From assembly GCA_021787845.1 (NCBI GenBank), contig JAJYLH010000001.1:238736-302735 (forward strand): a stretch of 64,000 nt of DNA, read 5' to 3'. The position numbers and the translations under genes are program-made. The notes beneath the pieces were generated by a model, which saw only the letters and a list, made by a program, of their open reading frames with translations, was not told where the DNA came from and ran no database searches. The stretch is from Myxococcales bacterium (lineage in GTDB: Bacteria; Myxococcota; Myxococcia; Myxococcales; JAJYLH01). Positions 1-7,861 of the stretch are shown piece by piece; the stretch's first letter is position 1; each line of letters opens with the position of its first letter.

Positions 1-1998
1 CTGGAAGCCGCCGGTGAAATCGAGAGAGGCAGCGCCCCTGGTGAGATGGAGCGCTTCTACCTTCCATTCGTCCGCGCCGGTCATCGTCGCGTCGACAGAG
101 CCCGCCGGGAACCGCTCGCCGAAGAGCAGCGCGTTCTTCACCTTCAGGTGGGCGGCCGCGTTCAGCTCGGCGGCGGGGCCGGAGGTGGAGAGGGTGCCGC
201 TCACGAGCGCGTCCGTCCTCCCGGCGAGCTCTCCCAAGACCGGCGCGTAGCCGCGGGCGACGCCGGCGAGGTCCGAGAGGCGCGCGTCTTGAACCTGCAC
301 CGAGCCATCGAGCCGGGCGTGGTGGAACAGGTCCATCGACGCCCGTCCGCTCCAGCGACTGTGCCCGATGAGGCCGCTCGCCCGGGGAACGGTGAGGATG
401 CCGCGGCCCAGGTCCAGGTCGGCGCTCGCCTGGGCGAAGCCGAGCTGGGTCTTCATCACGCGCAGGTGGGCGATGGCCGCGTCGGCCTGGATGTCGAGGG
501 CGTCGAAGGGCCCGTGCAGCCGGCCAGCGAGGGTACCCGTTCCCCGGAGCGCGGCGCTCGCAAAGGGGCTGAAGTCCGCGAGGGAGAGGCGGGAGAAGTC
601 GTAGGCGAGGTCGAGCCCGCGCCGGGCGGAGAAATCGATGTCGCCGCGCACGTCTCCGGCGGACCCCGGAGTGGTGATGCGGGCGCCTTGGATTTCGAGC
701 CGGTCGCGGAGGATGGCGAAGCGCGCGGCGATCTTCCCCTCGCGAAAGCCGACGTACTGCTGGCGCGATTCCAGCCGCCGCCGCCAGGGACGGTCGTAGA
801 CGCCGAAATACGGAATCCGGGCGGCGAGGTCTCCTTCGAGCCGAAGGCCTCCGGGACCGGCAAAGTCCCCCCGCAGCGCCGTCGCCCCCCGCAGCTCCAG
901 GTCGACCGGCAGCCCGGGAACCCCGAGCTTCGAGAGCAGCTCGCCGAGCCTCAGCCCTTCCAGCCGTCCTTCTGCCCGCACCGAAAAGGGCGGCGCGAGG
1001 CCGACCGTGCCGGTCAGCAGGACCTTCCCGCTCGGGAACGGCATCACGAAGCGGTCGACCGAAAGCTCTTGGCTCGTCGCGTGGAGGGTGGCGTCGAAGT
1101 CGCCCGGCAGGAACGGGCCGACCTTCGCGTCGCGGACCTGGAGCGTTGCCGTTGCCCGGTAGCCCTGCCGGCCGAACGCGACCGTCGCCTGTGCCAGCGC
1201 GCTTCCCTTCAGGCCCCGGACGTTCGCCAGCAGGTGGTCGCCGAGCCGCGCGAGGTCGACCCGCACCGTCGCGCTCGCCGTCCCGCGCAGGGCGCAGACG
1301 TCGGCGAAGGTCGCTTGCGCAAAGACCGAGCCCTCCTCCGTCGCGAGGTCCAGCGACCGGATGCGCGCCGTCCGGTTCGCGAGGTCCAGGTCTCCTCGGA
1401 GGCGTGCCCGCTCGGTCGATTCTTCGCCGGTCTGATCGACGAGCCTCGCTCTTCCGACCGAGAGGTCGACCGCGAGCGTGTCGCCCTCGCCGGCGACGCG
1501 CGCGCCGATCCCCTCCGCCTGGAGCCGCCGCCGGCCCGGCAGGCGCAGGTCGACCGTGCCGCCGGTCAGGGTCACGGTCCCGATTTCCAACCGTCCCAGG
1601 TCGGGCAGGCACGGAGAGCGGGACCGCTCCGGCACTCCGTTCGCGCGCGGCGGTGTCGAGAGGTCGAGAGCGACGCGGGGCCGGTCGATTTCCACGCCGT
1701 CGACCCGGAGGCGGCCTCCGAACAGAAACCGCCGGTCGACCCGCGCCGCCAGCCGCCGCGCGGTGAACAGCGGCTGCGACGCGGGACCGATGCGCACGTC
1801 GTCGAGCACCACGGTGGCCGACAGCGGTCTCACCCGGCAGAGGCCGATCCGGACGGGCTCGGCGGAAGCATCCCGCAGCGCCGCTTCGGCTACCCGGCAC
1901 AGCTCCCGCCCTCCGACGGGCGACCGGGCGAAGAGGCCCGCCAGGACGACCACCGCCGCCGCCGAAAGCAGCATCGCCGTGAGCAGCCTGCGGGTCAT
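1..1998 (-). CDS. AsmA-family protein, N-terminal about 665 aa (C-terminus lies beyond the window's left edge)
   Basis: The minus-strand frame is open from an ATG near 1998 to position 1. It is not in the ORF track because no stop falls in the window. The translation begins MTRRLLTAMLLSAAAVVVLAGLFA (signal/TM) and continues with low-complexity AsmA/TamB-like repeats (GxLxL, DLxL motifs). Recognised by composition only. Confidence 0.5.
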   Translation of the reverse strand, partial: MTRRLLTAMLLSAAAVVVLAGLFARSPVGGRELCRVAEAALRDASAEPVRIGLCRVRPLSATVVLDDVRIGPASQPLFTARRLAARVDRRFLFGGRLRVDGVEIDRPRVALDLSTPPRANGVPERSRSPCLPDLGRLEIGTVTLTGGTVDLRLPGRRRLQAEGIGARVAGEGDTLAVDLSVGRARLVDQTGEESTERARLRGDLDLANRTARIRSLDLATEEGSVFAQATFADVCALRGTASATVRVDLARLGDHLLANVRGLKGSALAQATVAFGRQGYRATATLQVRDAKVGPFLPGDFDATLHATSQELSVDRFVMPFPSGKVLLTGTVGLAPPFSVRAEGRLEGLRLGELLSKLGVPGLPVDLELRGATALRGDFAGPGGLRLEGDLAARIPYFGVYDRPWRRRLESRQQYVGFREGKIAARFAILRDRLEIQGARITTPGSAGDVRGDIDFSARRGLDLAYDFSRLSLADFSPFASAALRGTGTLAGRLHGPFDALDIQADAAIAHLRVMKTQLGFAQASADLDLGRGILTVPRASGLIGHSRWSGRASMDLFHHARLDGSVQVQDARLSDLAGVARGYAPVLGELAGRTDALVSGTLSTSGPAAELNAAAHLKVKNALLFGERFPAGSVDATMTGADEWKVEALHLTRGAASLDFTGGFQ

Positions 1999-2092
1999 CC
2001 CCATCCACGGACGTCAACGACCAGACGTGCCGGAAACCTTCGCCGCTCGCCGATGAGCGCCGCCAGCTTCGACGTTCCCTCCCGCGGAAGCT

Positions 2093-3121
2093 TTACGCTT
2101 TTTGGGCGCCCTCGGAAAGAAAGCGCTCGAGGTCGCCCGGGTCGGCCGCCGTCCCGTTCGCTGCCGCACCCGCCGGGTCGCGGGCGGCGTTCTGGTCCCC
2201 CGCGGGTCTCGGCGCCGGCCTGGTCACCGGCGGCGCTGCTGCTTCCCGGACGACCGGCCGGGCCGCCGGATGCGCGGCCCCCGTGGGGGGCGGCTGCGCT
2301 GTCGGACCCTCGACGAGACCGAAATCGGTCGCGCAGAGCCGGACCAGGTCGGCGTTGACGAGCGACCGCTTCATCGTCGCTCCTTCGAAGAGGCAGTTGT
2401 CGCACAGGGTGTTGATCAGCCGCGGGATTCCTCCGGTGAAGCGGTGGACGGCCGCCACGGCCTCGGCGGAAAACGGCATCCTGGTCGCCCCGGCGATCTT
2501 CAGGCGGTGCTTGATGTAAGCCTCGGTCGCCTCGGCGGACAGGGGCTGGAGGCGGGTCTTCAGGCTCACCCGCTGGTCCAGGGGCGGGTCGAGCTTGAGG
2601 TGCTGCTCGAGCTCCGGCAGCCCGAAGAGCACGATCGTCAGGAGCTTGTGCTCGGGCAGCTCGAGGTTCAACAGACCGCGAAACTCCTCCATCACCTCGC
2701 GGTTCTCGAGCATCTGCGCTTCGTCGATCAGCAGGACCGCCTTGCGGCCCGACTCGTGAATCGTCAGCAGCCGCTGATAGAGCTGGCCGAGAAGGGTCAG
2801 CTTCTCGTCCGAGGGCTCTTCCACTCCGAGCTGGAGCGCGATGCGCTTCAGGAGCCACTGCGCGGTGATGCCCGAGTGGATGATGACGAGCAGAGCCGCC
2901 TCGTACTCGTCCTCCGCGAGGCTGTCCAGGAGCCGCCGGGCGAGGGTGGACTTGCCCGCCCCGACGTCGCCGACGAGGAGCGCGAGCCCTTTCGCCTGGC
3001 TCACGACGTAGGTGAGCCGCTCCAGCGCCTGCGCGTGCGAGGCGCTGTTGTAGTAGAACTGGCTGACCGGCGCGTTGGAGAATGGCTCCTGCTTCAGGCC
3101 GAAGTGTGCGAAATAGCTCAT
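2093..3121 (-). CDS. ExeA/GspA/MshM-like AAA+ ATPase (secretin or pilus assembly associated)
   Basis: 342-aa ORF with Walker A GDVGAGKST and Walker B LLIDEAQ. The N-terminus MSYFAHFGLKQEPF is typical of ExeA/MshM. The C-terminus is a Pro/Ala-rich tail with no obvious peptidoglycan-binding domain. Confidence 0.75.
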   Translation of the reverse strand: MSYFAHFGLKQEPFSNAPVSQFYYNSASHAQALERLTYVVSQAKGLALLVGDVGAGKSTLARRLLDSLAEDEYEAALLVIIHSGITAQWLLKRIALQLGVEEPSDEKLTLLGQLYQRLLTIHESGRKAVLLIDEAQMLENREVMEEFRGLLNLELPEHKLLTIVLFGLPELEQHLKLDPPLDQRVSLKTRLQPLSAEATEAYIKHRLKIAGATRMPFSAEAVAAVHRFTGGIPRLINTLCDNCLFEGATMKRSLVNADLVRLCATDFGLVEGPTAQPPPTGAAHPAARPVVREAAAPPVTRPAPRPAGDQNAARDPAGAAANGTAADPGDLERFLSEGAQKA

Positions 3122-3292
3122 CTCGGTAAGTCACCCGTCTCGTCGATCGACCGCGCTCTTCTCAAGTGTCGCCCAAGGGCCGGCCGAAGCGCCAGTTTCG
3201 TGTCCGGGTGGCTCTCGCCTGGCAAAGCGAGCGACGGCAGCCGGCCGCTCGCCGCTCTGTCGGGCGGGCAGGGCTCTGGCGCGATGGCTCGT

Positions 3293-6200
3293 TCAGAGAA
3301 AGCCGATCTTGCGGCCCTTTCTCGGGACCGCAGCCGGCGGCGCCTCGCGCGGCGGACGGGCTGGCGGCGCCAAGGCGCGATCGGTCGCCGGGACCGGGTG
3401 GACGGGCTTCGACTCGCCGCCGGTCCCGGAGACCAGCGGCCGCAGCCGCTGGGCGCGCGCCTGGGCGTCGCGAAACGCGGGGTCGGCGCGGACGATCCGC
3501 GAAAAGTGGTCGAAGGCGGCAGGGAGCTGCTCGAGCTCTTCGGCGCAGGCGCCCAACTCGTAGTGCACGGCCTTCGAGGCATCCAGCGTCAGGCCCGGCG
3601 TCTTGAGCGCGCGCTCGAAACGGTCGACCGCCGCCGCCAGGTCGCCGCGCTCCCGCTGGCAGAGCCCGAGGGCGATCAACGCATCGATGGTGCGCCGCCG
3701 GTCCTGGAGGGCCGCCTCGAGCTGCTCGATCGCGGCGTCGAACCGGCCCATCTCGAAGTAGGCGATGCCGAGGTCGTAGGCGCCCTCGACCTCGCCACCG
3801 GCCCGAGCCCGACGCGAGGCCGGGGCTCGAGTCGCCAGGGAGGAGCCCTCCAAGGTGGAGGGAGCGGCTTCGCTGGCCGCCTTGGCGGCGATCGCCTCGA
3901 AGGCACCCTCGAGCTCGTCCGCCAGGTCGGACTCGGAGGGCGTGGGATGCGCCGCGCGGCCACCCGGCTCACCGGCCGGCGGTCCGCCCGCGAGGCTCTT
4001 CTCGAGGGCGAGCGCGCGCGGATGCGTCGGGGCCTGGGCCAGCACCTGGGCGAGCGACTCGCGGGCATCGTCGCGAAGGCCCTGCTGAATCAGGAACTCG
4101 ATTTCCGCGAGATCCTCTTCGAACGAATCCGCGCCGGGCGCCTGAGGCCCGTCGCCCGGGGGGACCGCTTGCGGCTTTCGGGAGGCCTGCTGGTCGGCGG
4201 CAACGGAGCGGGTAGGCGCCGGGCCGGTCGGGCGCGGGGCCGGCGGCGAAGGCGAGGAGGGCCTCTGGTCGAACAGCGCGAACGGGTCGGGTCGAATCGG
4301 TTCGGGCCTGGGCTCGGTCCGGTGCGGGCCGGTCGCGCGGTCGAGCGCGCGGTCCACTTCGTCGTCATCGAGGTCGATCGATGGGCGCGCCGCCGGAGGC
4401 CGAGGAGCGGCGTTGTCGAGCACCACGGCCTCTTCCTTCAGGTCGTCGTCGTCCCAGGGCGTCAAGACGGGGTGCGCTTGCGCGCTCTCGGCGCTGGGAG
4501 GAATCGTCGAGCCGGTATGGATCTCGAACCCGACGTCGTCGTCTTGCGCCTCGTCGGCCGGGAGCGCTGGCGCGCTCTCGGCGCTGGGAGGAATCGTCGA
4601 GCCGGTATGGATTTCGAACCCGGCGTCGTCGTCTCGCGCCTCGTCGGCCGGGAGCGCTGGCGCGCTCTCGGCGCCGGGAGGAATCGTCGAGCCGGTATGG
4701 ATTTCGAACCCGGCGTCGTCGTCTCGCGCCGCCTCGGCCGGGAGCGCCGCCTGGCTCTCGGCGCCGGGAGGAATCGTCGAGCCGGTATGGATTTCGAACT
4801 CGGCGTCGTCGTCCAGCGCCTCGTCGGCCAAGAGCGCCGCCGCGCTCTCCATCTCGTCCGGCTCGATGATCGGATCGTCGGGACCGGCGGCGGCCAGCGC
4901 CGGATGATCGGGCGCGCGCCGGGCAAGATCGCCCGCGTACTGCTGCTCCCGTTCGCGGTCGCCCGCCGCATGCGCGAGCTCGACCATCCGCTCGAGCAGA
5001 GCGATCGCTTCGGAAGGCTTCTCCTGCCGGTCGTAGATGGTGAGGAGCCGCTCGTTGGCCGGCAGGCTCGCCGGGTCGAGCGCGAGCGCGCGGGCGATGT
5101 GCTCGGCTGCCTTCGGGACCAGGCGGAACTTCAAGAAGACATCGGTTTCGATCACCAGCTTGTCGACGCTCTCGGGTTCGGCGGCCGGTGGCGGCGCGGC
5201 CCGCGCGGGGGCGGGCGGCACGACGAGAGGGGACCCCACCGGCGAGGGCGTGAGGATGGGCGGCGCCATCGGGGAAGGCGTGAGGATGAGCGGCGCGATC
5301 GGCGAGGGCGTGAGGACGGGGCGCGCGACCGGAGAGGGCGTGACCCGAGGCGATCCATCAGGCGGCAGCACGAACGCCGGAAGCACGATCGCCTTGCCAG
5401 GAGCGGTTCCGCCCCCCGACAGGGCAGCCGCTGGCACCAACACCGGCTCGAGGCTCGCGAGCGCTTCGGTCGCTTCCGGGTCGCCGGGCGCGAGCAAGAG
5501 AATCCGGGTCAGCACCTCGCGCCGGGCCTCGCGGGCACCTTTCTCCTCGTGCACCCGCGCGAGCTCGCGCAGGACCGAGACCGTCTTCGCCGGCTGTCCG
5601 TTGTCCGTGAACGCCGCCGCGAGCAGCGACAGCGTCTGGGGGTCCTTCGGGTCGTGCCGGAAGCAGACCTGGAGCTTGTTCAGTGCCCGGCGGGGGTCCT
5701 TGCGGGCGAGATAGCTCTGCGCGAGCTCGCGGGCGACGGCTCCGTCGTCGGGCACCAGTTGGCTGATGCGCTCGAGCACCCGCAGGTGGTCCTCGGACCG
5801 CTGGTTCTTCTTGAGGTGGGCGGCGGCCTTGTCGAGCTCCTGGACCGCTTCCGGGACCATTCGCTCCCGCGCGTAGAGCTCGCCCAGCTTCACCCGGTTC
5901 GCGACGTTGTCCGGGTCGAGGTCGACCATCCGCTTGAGCGCCGACAGCGACTCCTTGACGTTTCCCGACTGGTCCTGCTGGTTGGCGACGAGCTGGTACT
6001 GCTGGGTCGCCTCGCCGATGAGCCCGAGCTGCTGGTAGAGCTGGGCGAGGCGGAGGTGGATTTCCAGGCGGTCCTCGCCCAGCTTGAGCACCTGCTTGTA
6101 GACCGACACCGCCTTGAGGAAGAAACCCTGCTCGGTGTAGCCCTGCGCGACCTTGAGCAACAGCTCGGTCGCTTCCTTCGGCCGGTTCGACTTCTGGTGG

Positions 6201-6337
6201 ATCTCCGCCAGCTTCTGCAGGGCCCGGATGTCCTTCGGGTCCGCGTCGAGGATGCGCTGGAGCTCCTTGGCCGCCTTTTCGAGCTGGCCCTTGGAGGCGA
6301 GCTTGCCCGCCGACTCGAAGATCTTGGTCTTGTCCAT
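3293..6337 (-). CDS. TPR-repeat protein with internal acidic tandem repeats (MshN/FimV-like)
   Basis: Within track ORF 3293..6436, the start is placed at the internal MDKTKIFESAGK. TPR blocks occur at both ends and a Pro-rich acidic middle contains four copies of a 31-aa repeat. It sits immediately upstream of the ExeA-like ATPase, which matches the mshN-mshM pairing. Confidence 0.65.
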   Translation of the reverse strand: MDKTKIFESAGKLASKGQLEKAAKELQRILDADPKDIRALQKLAEIHQKSNRPKEATELLLKVAQGYTEQGFFLKAVSVYKQVLKLGEDRLEIHLRLAQLYQQLGLIGEATQQYQLVANQQDQSGNVKESLSALKRMVDLDPDNVANRVKLGELYARERMVPEAVQELDKAAAHLKKNQRSEDHLRVLERISQLVPDDGAVARELAQSYLARKDPRRALNKLQVCFRHDPKDPQTLSLLAAAFTDNGQPAKTVSVLRELARVHEEKGAREARREVLTRILLLAPGDPEATEALASLEPVLVPAAALSGGGTAPGKAIVLPAFVLPPDGSPRVTPSPVARPVLTPSPIAPLILTPSPMAPPILTPSPVGSPLVVPPAPARAAPPPAAEPESVDKLVIETDVFLKFRLVPKAAEHIARALALDPASLPANERLLTIYDRQEKPSEAIALLERMVELAHAAGDREREQQYAGDLARRAPDHPALAAAGPDDPIIEPDEMESAAALLADEALDDDAEFEIHTGSTIPPGAESQAALPAEAARDDDAGFEIHTGSTIPPGAESAPALPADEARDDDAGFEIHTGSTIPPSAESAPALPADEAQDDDVGFEIHTGSTIPPSAESAQAHPVLTPWDDDDLKEEAVVLDNAAPRPPAARPSIDLDDDEVDRALDRATGPHRTEPRPEPIRPDPFALFDQRPSSPSPPAPRPTGPAPTRSVAADQQASRKPQAVPPGDGPQAPGADSFEEDLAEIEFLIQQGLRDDARESLAQVLAQAPTHPRALALEKSLAGGPPAGEPGGRAAHPTPSESDLADELEGAFEAIAAKAASEAAPSTLEGSSLATRAPASRRARAGGEVEGAYDLGIAYFEMGRFDAAIEQLEAALQDRRRTIDALIALGLCQRERGDLAAAVDRFERALKTPGLTLDASKAVHYELGACAEELEQLPAAFDHFSRIVRADPAFRDAQARAQRLRPLVSGTGGESKPVHPVPATDRALAPPARPPREAPPAAVPRKGRKIGFL
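4478..4850. repeat. Four tandem copies of a 93-bp repeat (in-frame, coding) inside the TPR gene
   Basis: The motif gctctcggcgc(t/c)gggaggaatcgtcgagccggtatggat(c/t)tcgaac recurs at about 4481, 4574, 4667 and 4760. On the minus strand it encodes the repeat DDDAGFEIHTGSTIPPGAESAPALPADEAR(D/Q). Confidence 0.85.
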
Positions 6338-6591
6338 CGGCGGCAGAAGCGTCACCTCTCGCGAGCGGGCCGTCGCCGGCGCCGCGCCAAGCGACCGGAC
6401 ATGACCTGGCAGCGCTCCCGGACACCTGGAGGGCACCCGGAAGGCCTCGGGGAGGCATCGGGGAGCCGAGGCGCCCCCACTCGAGCTTCGAGGCTAGAGG
6501 GCGACCCCGGCGCGTGTCAACAAAACGTCCGGGAAAGCAGCGGGTTCCGGTGCAGCCGCCGACCGAGGGGAGCCTGGCTGCTCGAGGGCGT

Positions 6592-7167
6592 CTAGCCGAC
6601 CGCGACCCGGGTCAGGTACTCGCCGGAGCGGGTGTCGATCTTCAGCAGGTCGCCCTCGTTGATGAACAAGGGGACCTGGACCACGTAACCGGTCTCGAGC
6701 TGCGCGGGCTTGAGGGCGCCGGAGACGGTGTCGCCGCGGACCCCTGGGTCGCACTTGGCCACGATGAGGTCGACCGCGTTCGGCAGGGTCACGCCGATGG
6801 CGCGGCCGTTGTAGAGGAGCAGCGAGACGTCGATGTTTTCCTTCAGGTAGTTGGTCGCGTCGCCCAGCTCCGTCTCGTGCAGCGAGATCTGGTCGTAGGT
6901 CCGGTTGTCCATGAAGACGTAGCCGTCGCCCTCCTTGTAGAGGTACTGCATCGTCTTCTCTTCCACGTCGGGCTTGCCCACCTTGTCGCCGCTCTTGAAG
7001 GTCGGCTCGAGCACCCGACCGGAGACCAGGCTCTTGATCTTGGTGCGGGTGAAGGCGTTGCCCTTGCCTGGCTTGACGTGCTGGAAGAACTGGACGACGA
7101 AGGGCTCGCCGTCGTAGAGGATGCGCAGGCCGTTGCGAAAGTCGCTCACATCGTACATTTCCGCCAT
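6592..7167 (-). CDS. efp: elongation factor P
   Basis: 191 aa starting MAEMYDVSDFRNGLRILYDGEPFVV, with the KPGKG loop and the conserved C-terminal domain. It is internal to track ORF 6592..7347. Confidence 0.9.
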   Translation of the reverse strand: MAEMYDVSDFRNGLRILYDGEPFVVQFFQHVKPGKGNAFTRTKIKSLVSGRVLEPTFKSGDKVGKPDVEEKTMQYLYKEGDGYVFMDNRTYDQISLHETELGDATNYLKENIDVSLLLYNGRAIGVTLPNAVDLIVAKCDPGVRGDTVSGALKPAQLETGYVVQVPLFINEGDLLKIDTRSGEYLTRVAVG

Positions 7168-7303
7168 CTCGAGGGGTCTCCTGGAAGTGAAAGATGCGTT
7201 GCTCTGGAAGCGCTCTCCGGTGGGCGCGGCGCGTTCTTCTCGAGCGCGTCCCGCCGCTGTCGCGCTCCGACGGCCGGCGTCTGGGGAAAGGTTCTCGGCA
7301 GCG

Positions 7304-7666
7304 CTACAGCTCGGCGGTGATTCTCCCCGCGTCCACCCGCAACACATAACGGGCCTTGCCTGCGTTCGCCAAGGGCTTGAGGGCCACCACCACGAAATAG
7401 TCGGGCGAGAGGGTGCGCCCCACCGCGAGCAGCTTCTCGGTGCGGATGGAAAGCTCGCTCGCCTCCCCCGCCTGGAGCTGAGAAGCCGCCTGCCGGACCT
7501 GCCCGAAGATGCTCGAGTACTCCACGATGGCCGACGTGAGGTCGACGTCCGAGAGCGGCTCGGCCTCGTGGGTTTCCACCGCGATGCCGTCGAAGCCCAT
7601 CACGCTCGCGGCGAGCGCGCCGTCGACCGACCTGCAGATGTGCTCGAGCGTCTCTCGGAAGCTCAC
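7304..7666 (-). CDS. Roadblock/LC7 (MglB-like) domain protein
   Basis: 120 aa with a GALAASVMGFDGIAVET-type motif and Roadblock secondary-structure periodicity. Confidence 0.5.
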   Translation of the reverse strand: MSFRETLEHICRSVDGALAASVMGFDGIAVETHEAEPLSDVDLTSAIVEYSSIFGQVRQAASQLQAGEASELSIRTEKLLAVGRTLSPDYFVVVALKPLANAGKARYVLRVDAGRITAEL

Positions 7667-7861
7667 CAGCCCTCCTGCTGCGCCGCTGCCCTCACGGGCT
7701 TCCCCAAGCCCGGCGGCTTCGAGGAGCCTTGGACGTTAGCCGGGAGGGCGCCGGGGCGTCAAGACGGGAAGCGCGAGGATTCGCCGGCGGCACCAAGAAA
7801 AGGAGGGCCGGGCGCGAGATCGATTCCGACGAGGCTGGGCACCCGGCGGGCGTCCGAACCG

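Noticed and set aside
46-2358. 770-aa plus-strand ORF
   Set aside because: Arg/Gly/Pro-rich composition with no domain signature. It is antisense to a coherent AsmA-like minus-strand frame that stays open to the window edge, so it is a high-GC artefact.
4381-4907. Possible CRISPR array because of regular direct repeats
   Set aside because: The repeats are 93 bp, contiguous with no unique spacers, in frame, and encode a peptide repeat inside a TPR protein.
6338-6591. TTGACA hexamer upstream of the TPR gene as a sigma-70 -35 box
   Set aside because: There is no credible -10 element at the right spacing, and sigma-70 consensus promoters are atypical in this lineage.
2102-6595. 1497-aa plus-strand ORF
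   Set aside because: Antisense to the ExeA-like and TPR genes, with extreme Arg/Leu/Gly bias and repetitive RRAGMDFEPGVVV segments that are simply the reverse translation of the 93-bp repeats.
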